NCBI GenBank assembly: GCA_001801465.1
Contig: MGXT01000017.1
Location: 22,362-86,361 of the forward strand
Direction of reading: 5' to 3'
Source: Gammaproteobacteria bacterium RIFCSPHIGHO2_12_FULL_35_23
Lineage (GTDB): Bacteria; Pseudomonadota; Gammaproteobacteria; UBA12402
DNA length: 64,000 bases
In this document: piece after piece, positions 49,443 through 57,787 of the stretch
Numbering within the stretch: position 1 is the stretch's first letter
Layout of the letters: each line of letters opens with the position of its first letter
Translations under genes and position numbers: made by a program
The notes under the pieces: model-generated
Databases searched by the model: none
What the model was told of the DNA's origin: nothing
Seen by the model: the letters and a program-made list of their open reading frames with translations, nothing else

Positions 49443-51902
49443 TCACCTTTTGAGTCTTTGAGCTTCAGGATCTGGATTAGCTACTGAGGCAGTAGTACTA
49501 GCAGCAGCAGGGAATATTCCAAATCTATCTCGGCCCGCGCCACCACCAACTCCACCGCTACCAGCTCCTGTTGCAGCAGCAGGTGTTAGAATATTTGAAC
49601 TAGGATCTGGATCAGCTACTGAGGCAGTAGTACTAGCAGCAGCAGGGAGTGTAAATCTACCTTGATCACCACCAGCTCCAGCACCACCTTCGCCACCACC
49701 TCCTGAAGTAGTAGCAACTGCTGCTGAGGCAGCAGCTTCTAAACTTCTTAAAGCTTCAGCAGATAATGTACTTTCTAATTCTATAAATGAAACAGGAACC
49801 CCATAAGCTGTACCTAATTGAACTAATTTTTGCTTTGCTGAATTTGCTCGTTTTAAGTTATTATCATAGTCATCATCATAGCTAATATTTATGATATGAT
49901 CTTTAAGCGTGGTAGTAGCTAATTGCAATAATTCTTTGTCAGTTTCTGTAACCTCTTCACTGGGAGTAGATTCTAAGAACTCAATAATTGTTTCTATTAA
50001 CTGAATTTTTAATACATTGTGTATTGCATTTTCTGTGGGAATAGCCCGATAGATTTTTAATGCCTCTTCTCTATTTCCTCTTTGTATATAGAATGCAGTT
50101 TGCAAAGCTAAGGATTTATGCAAGGTAGAGGTTGGTACACCATCAATTATTTTTATTGCTTCAAAAAAAATAAAAGGAGTGTTAGAAATAACCGTAGGAT
50201 AATATAAAAAATCTAAATAAAGAAAACCAATAACTTGTGATAATATTGCTAAAGAAGATAGTTTTTCTTCTAAATCTGTACGAGTAGGATCTGTATTTAA
50301 TAGTAAAATACAGCGATAAGCTTCACGTAGAGAAGGATTGTCAGAAGGCCATTTAAATTTGCTAAAAATGGCTGCTTCAGCTGCAGAATCTAAATCGATT
50401 CTTGTAGCAAAAAGAGTTGGTTCAGTTTGAATAAGAGAAAAGTGATGCCAGTAAATTGCATTCATATTCTTTTTACTATAATAGTAATAATCAGCCAGAC
50501 ATTTTTCAGCTAAACCATCTCCTCTTAGAGGGAAACCCATCAATTTTTGAAAAAAACACTTTATAGATGTTTGGCTTTTTATTTCTTTTAACATAGAAAG
50601 TAATATTAGAGGAATTTTGGCTAATTCATCCACGCGATAATCTAGTCGCCAAACCCTTAAGCAATAAGCTAAAGCTGGATATCGTGATATAGTAACTTTT
50701 ATAGATTTATTTATTGAAGAAGAAGTAGAGGAACTAATAACATTTTTTGCTGTAATGAACCAGTCAACTATCATATCAGCATCACGACAAAGTATAGGGG
50801 ATTTAACTTCCGAAAGAATACCAATTAATTGCTTACTTACTTGAAACATTGATAAAGGCTCATTGCAAATAGCTGCTTCAATTAAAGCTGAGAGATGATC
50901 TTCCCCAAGTTCTGGGTTGTCTGCATAAAGATGGTAAAGTGCATTAGATGCCTTTATATAACATTGAGCTACGGATAGCTTAAAGCACTCTGCAGCTTTA
51001 AGTAAAAGGATTTGTGCTTGTTCAGGATCACTGGCTTTTAATGCAATTGCTTGCTTCTTATAAAAAACACCTAAGCTAAACTGTTCACGAGACGGCAGAG
51101 AGCTTGGATCTTCAACAGGAATAGGCTCTTCTGCTCTTAGCATTTTTATGATAAATGATGCTTCTAAATCACCAGCACTTTCAGCTGCTGATAAAAGACT
51201 TTTCCGTTCTGTGCTAGAAATTGTATGATATTTTCTTAAATCAAGACGAACAATAGTGGTTCCGGCCCAGGGGACAATATCCTTATGTTCGTTTAATAGA
51301 CCTATACCTTCTAAAACTTTGTCTCTTTCATAAGTTACAAGCTTAAGTGCTCGAAGGCAATGGGAGCGCGCTTGAAGGCTAGGATTTTCTGATTCTTGAT
51401 ATTCCTCTATTTTAGAGTTAATTAATGTAAATTGATCATCTTCTGTTAGTGTTTTTTCTATAAAATGATACATGAGAAAAGCTGCTGCTAAACTAGCTTT
51501 TTGAGGATCTTCTGAGAATAAATCATCTAACTTTACACTTAGCTGCTTAGTTAATCTTTCATTAAATATGGTTCTTTGAGTGATGACAAGATGTAAATAT
51601 TCTTGCAGTTTTAAAATTGAATCACCACTTTCAACTTCCCCTGGATTGGTTGTAGCAGCATCATCAACATTATCAGGGGGATCATCTGTAAGTCTATCAG
51701 GATCAGCAGTTGGTGGTTTTGGCTCGCCACTAAAATGGGAAAGAAAATCTTGATCTAGAATAATAGTACGACCGTCATCATCTAGAGCTCTTTCTCTTCG
51801 AATACGATCAAGGGTTCTGAGAGTACTCGCTGCAGCAGCACCAGTAATAGTTGGTTCACCGCTAGGATTTTCTTCTCTAGTTGAAGTAGCTGTTCTTAGC
51901 AT
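49443..51902 (-). CDS. large hypothetical protein with disordered Pro/Asp-rich N-terminus and C-terminal Gly/Ala/Thr-rich tandem repeats (candidate secreted effector)
   Basis: 819 aa. AAGAGGAAAT SD. First about 110 aa low-complexity (PKPPTADPDRLTDDPPDNVDDAATTNPGEVESGD). Roughly 600-aa helical core with no recognised domain. C-terminus carries two or more copies of a 45-aa unit (..F(T/G)(L/I)(P/F)PAAASTTASVA(D/N)PDP..). Confidence 0.6.
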   Translation of the reverse strand: MLRTATSTREENPSGEPTITGAAAASTLRTLDRIRRERALDDDGRTIILDQDFLSHFSGEPKPPTADPDRLTDDPPDNVDDAATTNPGEVESGDSILKLQEYLHLVITQRTIFNERLTKQLSVKLDDLFSEDPQKASLAAAFLMYHFIEKTLTEDDQFTLINSKIEEYQESENPSLQARSHCLRALKLVTYERDKVLEGIGLLNEHKDIVPWAGTTIVRLDLRKYHTISSTERKSLLSAAESAGDLEASFIIKMLRAEEPIPVEDPSSLPSREQFSLGVFYKKQAIALKASDPEQAQILLLKAAECFKLSVAQCYIKASNALYHLYADNPELGEDHLSALIEAAICNEPLSMFQVSKQLIGILSEVKSPILCRDADMIVDWFITAKNVISSSTSSSINKSIKVTISRYPALAYCLRVWRLDYRVDELAKIPLILLSMLKEIKSQTSIKCFFQKLMGFPLRGDGLAEKCLADYYYYSKKNMNAIYWHHFSLIQTEPTLFATRIDLDSAAEAAIFSKFKWPSDNPSLREAYRCILLLNTDPTRTDLEEKLSSLAILSQVIGFLYLDFLYYPTVISNTPFIFFEAIKIIDGVPTSTLHKSLALQTAFYIQRGNREEALKIYRAIPTENAIHNVLKIQLIETIIEFLESTPSEEVTETDKELLQLATTTLKDHIINISYDDDYDNNLKRANSAKQKLVQLGTAYGVPVSFIELESTLSAEALRSLEAAASAAVATTSGGGGEGGAGAGGDQGRFTLPAAASTTASVADPDPSSNILTPAAATGAGSGGVGGGAGRDRFGIFPAAASTTASVANPDPEAQRLKR
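49468..49648. repeat. 46-bp near-perfect direct repeat (two copies 135 bp apart) inside the 3' end of the 819-aa ORF
   Basis: GGATCTGGAT(T/C)AGCTACTGAGGCAGTAGTACTAGCAGCAGCAGGGA at 49468-49513 and 49603-49648, 45/46 identical. In-frame 45-codon periodicity. Confidence 0.85.
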
Positions 51903-52147
51903 TTATATTTCCTCTTTTACTAATTCTTAATAATTCCTCACGATCACCGCTACAATGTAGTCAGCATGCTAATGCCAGGAATATCCGCCAGTTTTTATGC
52001 CATTTCATGTTGCTGATATAGAGCAGTCAGTTCATTTTCATAATATTCTATTTCTTGATTAGCTCACAATACAATTGACTTAAAATACGCTGCGTTAATG
52101 GCGTCAGCTTATCATTTTCATTTCACGAATCCTTATAGCATGCTGCT

Positions 52148-52594
52148 CTAATTATTTCTTGATAACAAATCAAATTCGGGAGGACTAGGAACACGATCGG
52201 GATCGGGATCAGTCGTCAGAATCAGATTAGCCTGACAAAAAAAAGCATGTATTCCTGAAAGCTGTGTTGTAATATCAGCGTATCGTAGTTTAGGGTATGT
52301 TTCTCTAAATCTATCCGTTTCTAAAATTCTAGTAAAGGTTGAGCTACTTTCAGAGACTAAAAAATTATCTAAAGCTCTCATTGTTTCAACTGAAAGTCTA
52401 ATAGTGCTTTGCCCTGAGCTAGTTATTCTTTCGTCGCATGGTAAAGAATTAAAATGTACTGAGCGTGAAAATTCAGGGTATCTAATATAAGTCAAAAGTT
52501 GTTTTATGGCATTAGCATACTTAGGACACTGTTTAGCAAAAAGAGTTAGCATTTTTACACTGGAGCGGCCAATAGCGCTAAGAGGTGTAATCAT
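52148..52594 (-). CDS. hypothetical protein, paralogue A of the MITPLS.IG family
   Basis: 148 aa. Paralogous to 48727-49290. Located immediately upstream (same strand) of the 819-aa gene. Confidence 0.5.
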   Translation of the reverse strand: MITPLSAIGRSSVKMLTLFAKQCPKYANAIKQLLTYIRYPEFSRSVHFNSLPCDERITSSGQSTIRLSVETMRALDNFLVSESSSTFTRILETDRFRETYPKLRYADITTQLSGIHAFFCQANLILTTDPDPDRVPSPPEFDLLSRNN

Positions 52595-52795
52595 CGATAT
52601 ATACTCTTAATTTTATAATTATTAAAGTAATGAAGTTTATAAATAAAGATCTCCAAAGTCAATAATAAGTAAATTCTTTAAAATTAAGACCCTTTAACTA
52701 GCTAATTTTTTTGATAATTTTAAATAAGATCAATTGCTTTTTCCTTTCAATTTAAAAGGAAGCAGTTTTTTTAAATTTATTAAAATAACAGCAGC

Positions 52796-54079
52796 TTATC
52801 GCTCATCAATAGCAACAAAGTCGCGTTTAGTATAGCCAGTATAAAGTTGTCTGGGCCTGCCAATTTTATAAGCATTACTCAGCATTTCATTCCAATGAGC
52901 AGCCCAACCTACAGAACGTCCTAAGGTAAAAATAACAGTAAATAAACGAGAAGGTATCCCTAAAGCACTTTGTGTAATTCCAGAATAAAAGTCCACATTT
53001 GGATAAAGCTTTCTTTCTAAAAAATAAGCATCTTCTAATGCAATTTTTTCTAAGGCTTTAGCAACTTTAAATACTTCTAATTCATGGGAACCGGTTTCTT
53101 CTAAAACATCATAACAAATTTTACGCATGACGCTCGCACGAGGGTCATAGTTTTTATAAACTCGATGGCCAAAACCCATTAACCGAAAAGAATCGCTTTT
53201 ATCTTTTGCGCGTGCGATATAATGAGGAATGCGATCAACAGACGCAATTTCATGTAGCATATTAAGTGCTGCTTCATTAGCACCGCCATGTGCGGGACCC
53301 CATAAAGCGGTAGCTCCAGCTGCAAAAGCAGCAAAAGGATCAGTATCAGTTGAGCCTGAAAGTCTAACAGTTGAAGTAGAAGCGTTTTGCTCATGATCTG
53401 CATGTAAAACAAAAATAGTGTCCATAGCTTTACATAAAACAGGATTAGGTTTATCAGTATCACTTGCTTTGCCATACATCATGTAAATGAAATTTTCTGA
53501 ATAAGTTAAATCTTTGCGTGGACTAAGGAACGTTTCGCCTTTTCCATGTCTATAACACATGGCAGTTAAAGTAGGAATCTTAGCAACAAATTTAATTGCG
53601 GCATCCATTCTATCACTGCTATTTTTAATGTTTGTTTGATCATGATAAAGGCCTGCTAAACTTGCAATGGCAGCAGTGATCATGGCCATAGGATGAGCTT
53701 CTTTTTTAAAGCCTTTAAAAATATTTTCAATGATTGGGTCAACGGCCATATGGTCATTAACTTTTTTCTCAAAAGCCGTTTTTCCTGCTTGAGTAGGTAG
53801 TTCACCGTTTAAAATTAAATAGCAGACTTCCATAAAATCTGATTTTTCTGCTAGTTGGTCAATCGGATAACCTCGATAAAGGAGTACCCCTTTACCACCA
53901 TCAATGAAGGTTATTTTTGATTCACAGGCAGCGGTTGCCATAAAACCAGGATCATAAGTAAAGGCTCCGGATTTACCCAGGGAGCTTACCTCAATAACAT
54001 CTTGGCCTAAAGTAGGTCTATGTATAGGAAGCTCAACGCTGGCATTGTTAAAATTTAATAGCGCTTTATCATCATTCAT
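52796..54079 (-). CDS. gltA: citrate synthase (type II, hexameric Gram-negative type)
   Basis: 427 aa. Signature GFGHRVYKNYDPRA and catalytic His/Asp context. Divergent from sdhC as in E. coli. Confidence 0.95.
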   Translation of the reverse strand: MNDDKALLNFNNASVELPIHRPTLGQDVIEVSSLGKSGAFTYDPGFMATAACESKITFIDGGKGVLLYRGYPIDQLAEKSDFMEVCYLILNGELPTQAGKTAFEKKVNDHMAVDPIIENIFKGFKKEAHPMAMITAAIASLAGLYHDQTNIKNSSDRMDAAIKFVAKIPTLTAMCYRHGKGETFLSPRKDLTYSENFIYMMYGKASDTDKPNPVLCKAMDTIFVLHADHEQNASTSTVRLSGSTDTDPFAAFAAGATALWGPAHGGANEAALNMLHEIASVDRIPHYIARAKDKSDSFRLMGFGHRVYKNYDPRASVMRKICYDVLEETGSHELEVFKVAKALEKIALEDAYFLERKLYPNVDFYSGITQSALGIPSRLFTVIFTLGRSVGWAAHWNEMLSNAYKIGRPRQLYTGYTKRDFVAIDER

Positions 54080-54424
54080 TACTTATTAACTCCTAAAACA
54101 AAAATATTTACCTCATTATGAGGTGCTCAAATCTTAAACAGTTGAATTAGCTAACTATATGTGTGTTATTTTTCAAATACCAGGATAATCCCAGATGTTT
54201 AATAGTCAAGCAAAATAGCAAAGAGCTGAAATAGTTGCGTAATATTTTTTCAGAGCTTTAAAATCCTTCTTCATTCTAGGCTGAAAAGGCAATTTCGCTT
54301 TGTTTTCATAGACTAATGAAGCTATAATAGCGACAGCTTCAAAGCAGCTTATTGTTCATATTATCATCAAATTGCGAATAGCAATAAGTAAACTATAGAT
54401 AATATATTGATTGTTGAGGTATTT

Positions 54425-54823
54425 ATGGTAAATAAAGAAAGACCCGTTAATCTTAAGCTAACATCTATCCATTTCCCTATGCCTGCTATTACCTCAATTC
54501 TCCATCGTATTACTGGTGTGGTATTATTTTTTTTCATTCCTTTTCTTTTATGGCTTACTTGGTATTCCTTAAGCTCAGAGCAGAGTTTTAATAATATTAA
54601 AACTTTTATGAGTTTATTTAGCTTTAGATTTTTCCTATGGGTTTTTATTTCTGCTTTGTTTTATCATATTGTTGCAGGTATTAGGCATTTGTTTATGGAT
54701 ATTCATATTGGCGAAACACTTAAAGGCGGACGTTACAGCGCTTGGTTTATTTTCATTTTATCAGCTGTGGTAATAATTTTGTTAGGAATTTACTTGTTAA
54801 TTGGATTTAACTTTACCCTTTAA
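54425..54823 (+). CDS. sdhC: succinate dehydrogenase cytochrome b556 subunit
   Basis: Start at MVNKERPVNL (E. coli SdhC: ..KKQRPVNLDL). Three TM helices, haem-ligand His region (ILHRITGV). Confidence 0.85.
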   Translation: MVNKERPVNLKLTSIHFPMPAITSILHRITGVVLFFFIPFLLWLTWYSLSSEQSFNNIKTFMSLFSFRFFLWVFISALFYHIVAGIRHLFMDIHIGETLKGGRYSAWFIFILSAVVIILLGIYLLIGFNFTL

Positions 54824-54832
54824 GGAGTAATA

Positions 54833-55180
54833 ATGAGCACTAATACTAAAGGCTTGCGTGATTGGATAATTCAACGAGTCAGTGCAATTTATTTAGGCTT
54901 GTATGCGACTTTCTTATTTGTTTATTTAATTGTGCATCCAGATTTAACCTATCAAGTCTGGCAAAATTTATTTACTTTATTTTGGTTTCGTGTTGCTTCT
55001 ATCCTATTATTTGGCTGTTTAGTTCTTCATACTTGGATTGGCTTATGGACTGTTATTACAGATTATATTAAATTGCCGATCATTAGAATGATCGTGCAAT
55101 TGCTAATAATTTTTTCTTTAATCATATTTTTTATTTGGGGTATTGAGATAGTTTGGGGAATTCCACTTACTTGGATTTAA
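54833..55180 (+). CDS. sdhD: succinate dehydrogenase hydrophobic membrane anchor subunit
   Basis: 115 aa, three TM helices, between sdhC and sdhA. Confidence 0.85.
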   Translation: MSTNTKGLRDWIIQRVSAIYLGLYATFLFVYLIVHPDLTYQVWQNLFTLFWFRVASILLFGCLVLHTWIGLWTVITDYIKLPIIRMIVQLLIIFSLIIFFIWGIEIVWGIPLTWI

Positions 55181-55247
55181 ATAAACGTAATTAAAATCAA
55201 TAACGATAGGTAGTTTTCGGTTAAAGTCGCTGTGCAGGAGAGTAGAG

Positions 55248-57020
55248 ATGGGACATGCAATATACGAATTTGATGCTATTATTGTTGGGGCTGGCGGTGC
55301 TGGGATGCGCGCTTCTTTACAATTGGCAAAGTCTGGTTTTAATGTTGCTGTTCTTAGCAAAGTATTTCCCACTAGATCTCATACAGTTTCTGCTCAAGGA
55401 GGGATTGCTGCAGCGTTAGGCAATGAACACCCAGATGATTGGCGTTGGCATATGTATGATACGGTTGTCGGTTCAGAGTATTTAAGTGATCAAAATTGTG
55501 TAGAGTATATGTGTCGTGAAGCTCCGCAAGCAATTATTGAATTAGAGCATTATGGGATGCCTTTTTCACGAATGGATAATGGTAAAATTTACCAACGAGC
55601 TTTCGGCGGACAAACCATTGATTATGGCAAGGGTGTTGCGCATCGAACTTGTGCGGCTGCTGATCGTACAGGCCATGCTTTGCTTCATACTTTATATCAA
55701 CAAAATGTAAAAGCTAAAACCAATTTTTTTGTGGAATGGTATGCGCTTGATTTAATTCATCGAACAGATGGTTCAATTGCAGGGCTGACTGCTTTATGCA
55801 TTGAAACTGGTGAGGTAGTTTGTTTTAAATCAAGGGTTGTTATTTTAGCAACAGGGGGTGCGGGCCGTATTTTTGAATCGACTACTAATGCTTATATTAA
55901 TACGGGTGACGGAATAGGAATGGCTTTACGAGCAGGATTGCCTGTTCAAGACATGGAGTTTTGGCAATTTCACCCTACGGGAATAGCAGGCGCAGGCGTA
56001 TTGGTTACTGAGGGTTGTCGAGGTGAAGGGGGTTATTTAATTAATAGTGCAGGTGAACGTTTTATGGAGCGTTATGCACCGCATGCGAAAGATCTGGCTT
56101 GTCGTGATGTGGTAGCTCGTGCTATTACCATGGAAATTCGTGAACATAAAGGCTTTGTGAATAATGGTGTAGATTGTGTGAAATTGAATCTTACTCATTT
56201 AGGCGAAGATATTATTAAAGAGCGTTTACCAGGTATTCGTGAATTATCGATGATCTTTGCTGGGGTTGATCCTATTAAAGAGCCTATTCCAGTTGTACCA
56301 ACTTGTCACTACATGATGGGTGGCGTTCCTACTAACATTCATGGTCAAGTTATTACACAAAATAATCAGGGTGAGGATAAAATTGTTAATGGTTTATATG
56401 CAGTAGGTGAATGTGCTTGTGTTTCAGTGCATGGTTCTAATCGGTTGGGTAGTAACTCCTTGTTAGATCTGGTGGTGTTTGGTAGAGCCGCCGGTCAGCA
56501 TTTAGAACAAACATTACGTCAATCTGATGAACTTATTCCTGTGGCAGAGAGTGATATTGATCAAGCTATGGCGCGATACCATTATTGGGTTAATAGTGAT
56601 AGTACCAAAGGTGAAAGCTTCCAGGAAATTAGAACAGAGTTGAAAAAAACTATGCAGGCTTGTTTTGGTGTTTTTAGACAAGAAAGCGATATGGAACAAG
56701 GCATGAAAAAACTTGAAGAATTGCGTGAACGTGCAAAACATGCCTACATAACTGACAAGAGTAAAGTATTTAATAATGCAATGATAGAAGCGTTAGAGTT
56801 TGATAATTTGATAGCAGTTGCTTTTGCAACCGCCTATAGTGCAAAAATCCGCAAGGAAAGCCGTGGTGCTCACAGCCGAGAAGATTATCCACATCGAGAT
56901 GATCAACATTGGTTAAAGCATACTGTTTATTATTATCAAGGTAATCAAATTAATTATCGACCTGTTAATCTTCACCCATTAAGTATTAAGCCTTTCGAGC
57001 CTAAACCACGTGAGTTATAG
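55248..57020 (+). CDS. sdhA: succinate dehydrogenase flavoprotein subunit
   Basis: 590 aa. FAD-binding [14 protein letters not shown], covalent FAD His ([10 protein letters not shown]), active site HPTG / GxxRLG motifs. Confidence 0.95.
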   Translation: MGHAIYEFDAIIVGAGGAGMRASLQLAKSGFNVAVLSKVFPTRSHTVSAQGGIAAALGNEHPDDWRWHMYDTVVGSEYLSDQNCVEYMCREAPQAIIELEHYGMPFSRMDNGKIYQRAFGGQTIDYGKGVAHRTCAAADRTGHALLHTLYQQNVKAKTNFFVEWYALDLIHRTDGSIAGLTALCIETGEVVCFKSRVVILATGGAGRIFESTTNAYINTGDGIGMALRAGLPVQDMEFWQFHPTGIAGAGVLVTEGCRGEGGYLINSAGERFMERYAPHAKDLACRDVVARAITMEIREHKGFVNNGVDCVKLNLTHLGEDIIKERLPGIRELSMIFAGVDPIKEPIPVVPTCHYMMGGVPTNIHGQVITQNNQGEDKIVNGLYAVGECACVSVHGSNRLGSNSLLDLVVFGRAAGQHLEQTLRQSDELIPVAESDIDQAMARYHYWVNSDSTKGESFQEIRTELKKTMQACFGVFRQESDMEQGMKKLEELRERAKHAYITDKSKVFNNAMIEALEFDNLIAVAFATAYSAKIRKESRGAHSREDYPHRDDQHWLKHTVYYYQGNQINYRPVNLHPLSIKPFEPKPREL

Positions 57021-57032
57021 GAGAAATATACT

Positions 57033-57743
57033 ATGAAATTTTTAATTTATCGCTATAACCCTGATCAAGATAAAGAACCTTATATGCAAGAGTATCATTT
57101 AGATATTCCTAAAGATAAGGATATGATGTTATTAACGGCTATTGAAATGATCAAAGAACAAGATCAAACTTTATCGGTTAGACGTTCTTGCCGTGAAGGG
57201 GTTTGTGGTTCAGATGGGATGAGCATTAATGGCAAAAATGGGTTGGCTTGCATTACGTTGTTGTCAAACCTAAAAGAGCCAATAGTATTAAGGCCTTTAC
57301 CAGGGTTTCCAGTGATTCGTGACTTAGTTGTTGATATGAATCAATTTTATAAACAGTATCAGAGTGTTGAACCTTATTTACAAAATGATGAACCTGAGCC
57401 AGCAAAAGAAAGGTTGCAAACACCTAAGCAACGCGCCGAATTAGATGGCTTGTACGAATGCATTTTATGTGCTTGCTGTTCTTCTTCTTGTCCTTCTTTT
57501 TGGTGGAACCCTGATAAGTTTGTTGGGCCAGCGGGTTTACTTCAAGCGTATCGTTTTATTACTGATTCACGAGATACTGCAACAGTTAAGCGCCTGAAAA
57601 ATTTAAGTGACCCTTTTAGAATCTTTCGTTGCCGTGGGATTATGAACTGTGTATCAGTTTGTCCTAAGGGATTAAATCCAACCCGCGCAATTGGTAAGAT
57701 CAAGTCAGCTATGCTGAAGCGAGATATACAAGATCAAGGGTAA
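57033..57743 (+). CDS. sdhB: succinate dehydrogenase iron-sulfur subunit
   Basis: 236 aa. Three Cys clusters (CREGVCGSDGMSING..C; CILCACCSSSCP; CRGIMNCVSVCP). Confidence 0.95.
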   Translation: MKFLIYRYNPDQDKEPYMQEYHLDIPKDKDMMLLTAIEMIKEQDQTLSVRRSCREGVCGSDGMSINGKNGLACITLLSNLKEPIVLRPLPGFPVIRDLVVDMNQFYKQYQSVEPYLQNDEPEPAKERLQTPKQRAELDGLYECILCACCSSSCPSFWWNPDKFVGPAGLLQAYRFITDSRDTATVKRLKNLSDPFRIFRCRGIMNCVSVCPKGLNPTRAIGKIKSAMLKRDIQDQG

Positions 57744-57787
57744 GTTTAAAGAGATAATAAAAATTATAAAAGAAATAGGTTAAGATA

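Noticed and set aside
52740-52795. Hairpin TTCCTTT-caattta-AAAGGAA downstream of gltA
   Set aside because: AT-only stem. The T-tract is on the plus strand, where no gene ends. On the gltA (minus) strand it is not followed by a U-tract, so it was not called as a terminator.
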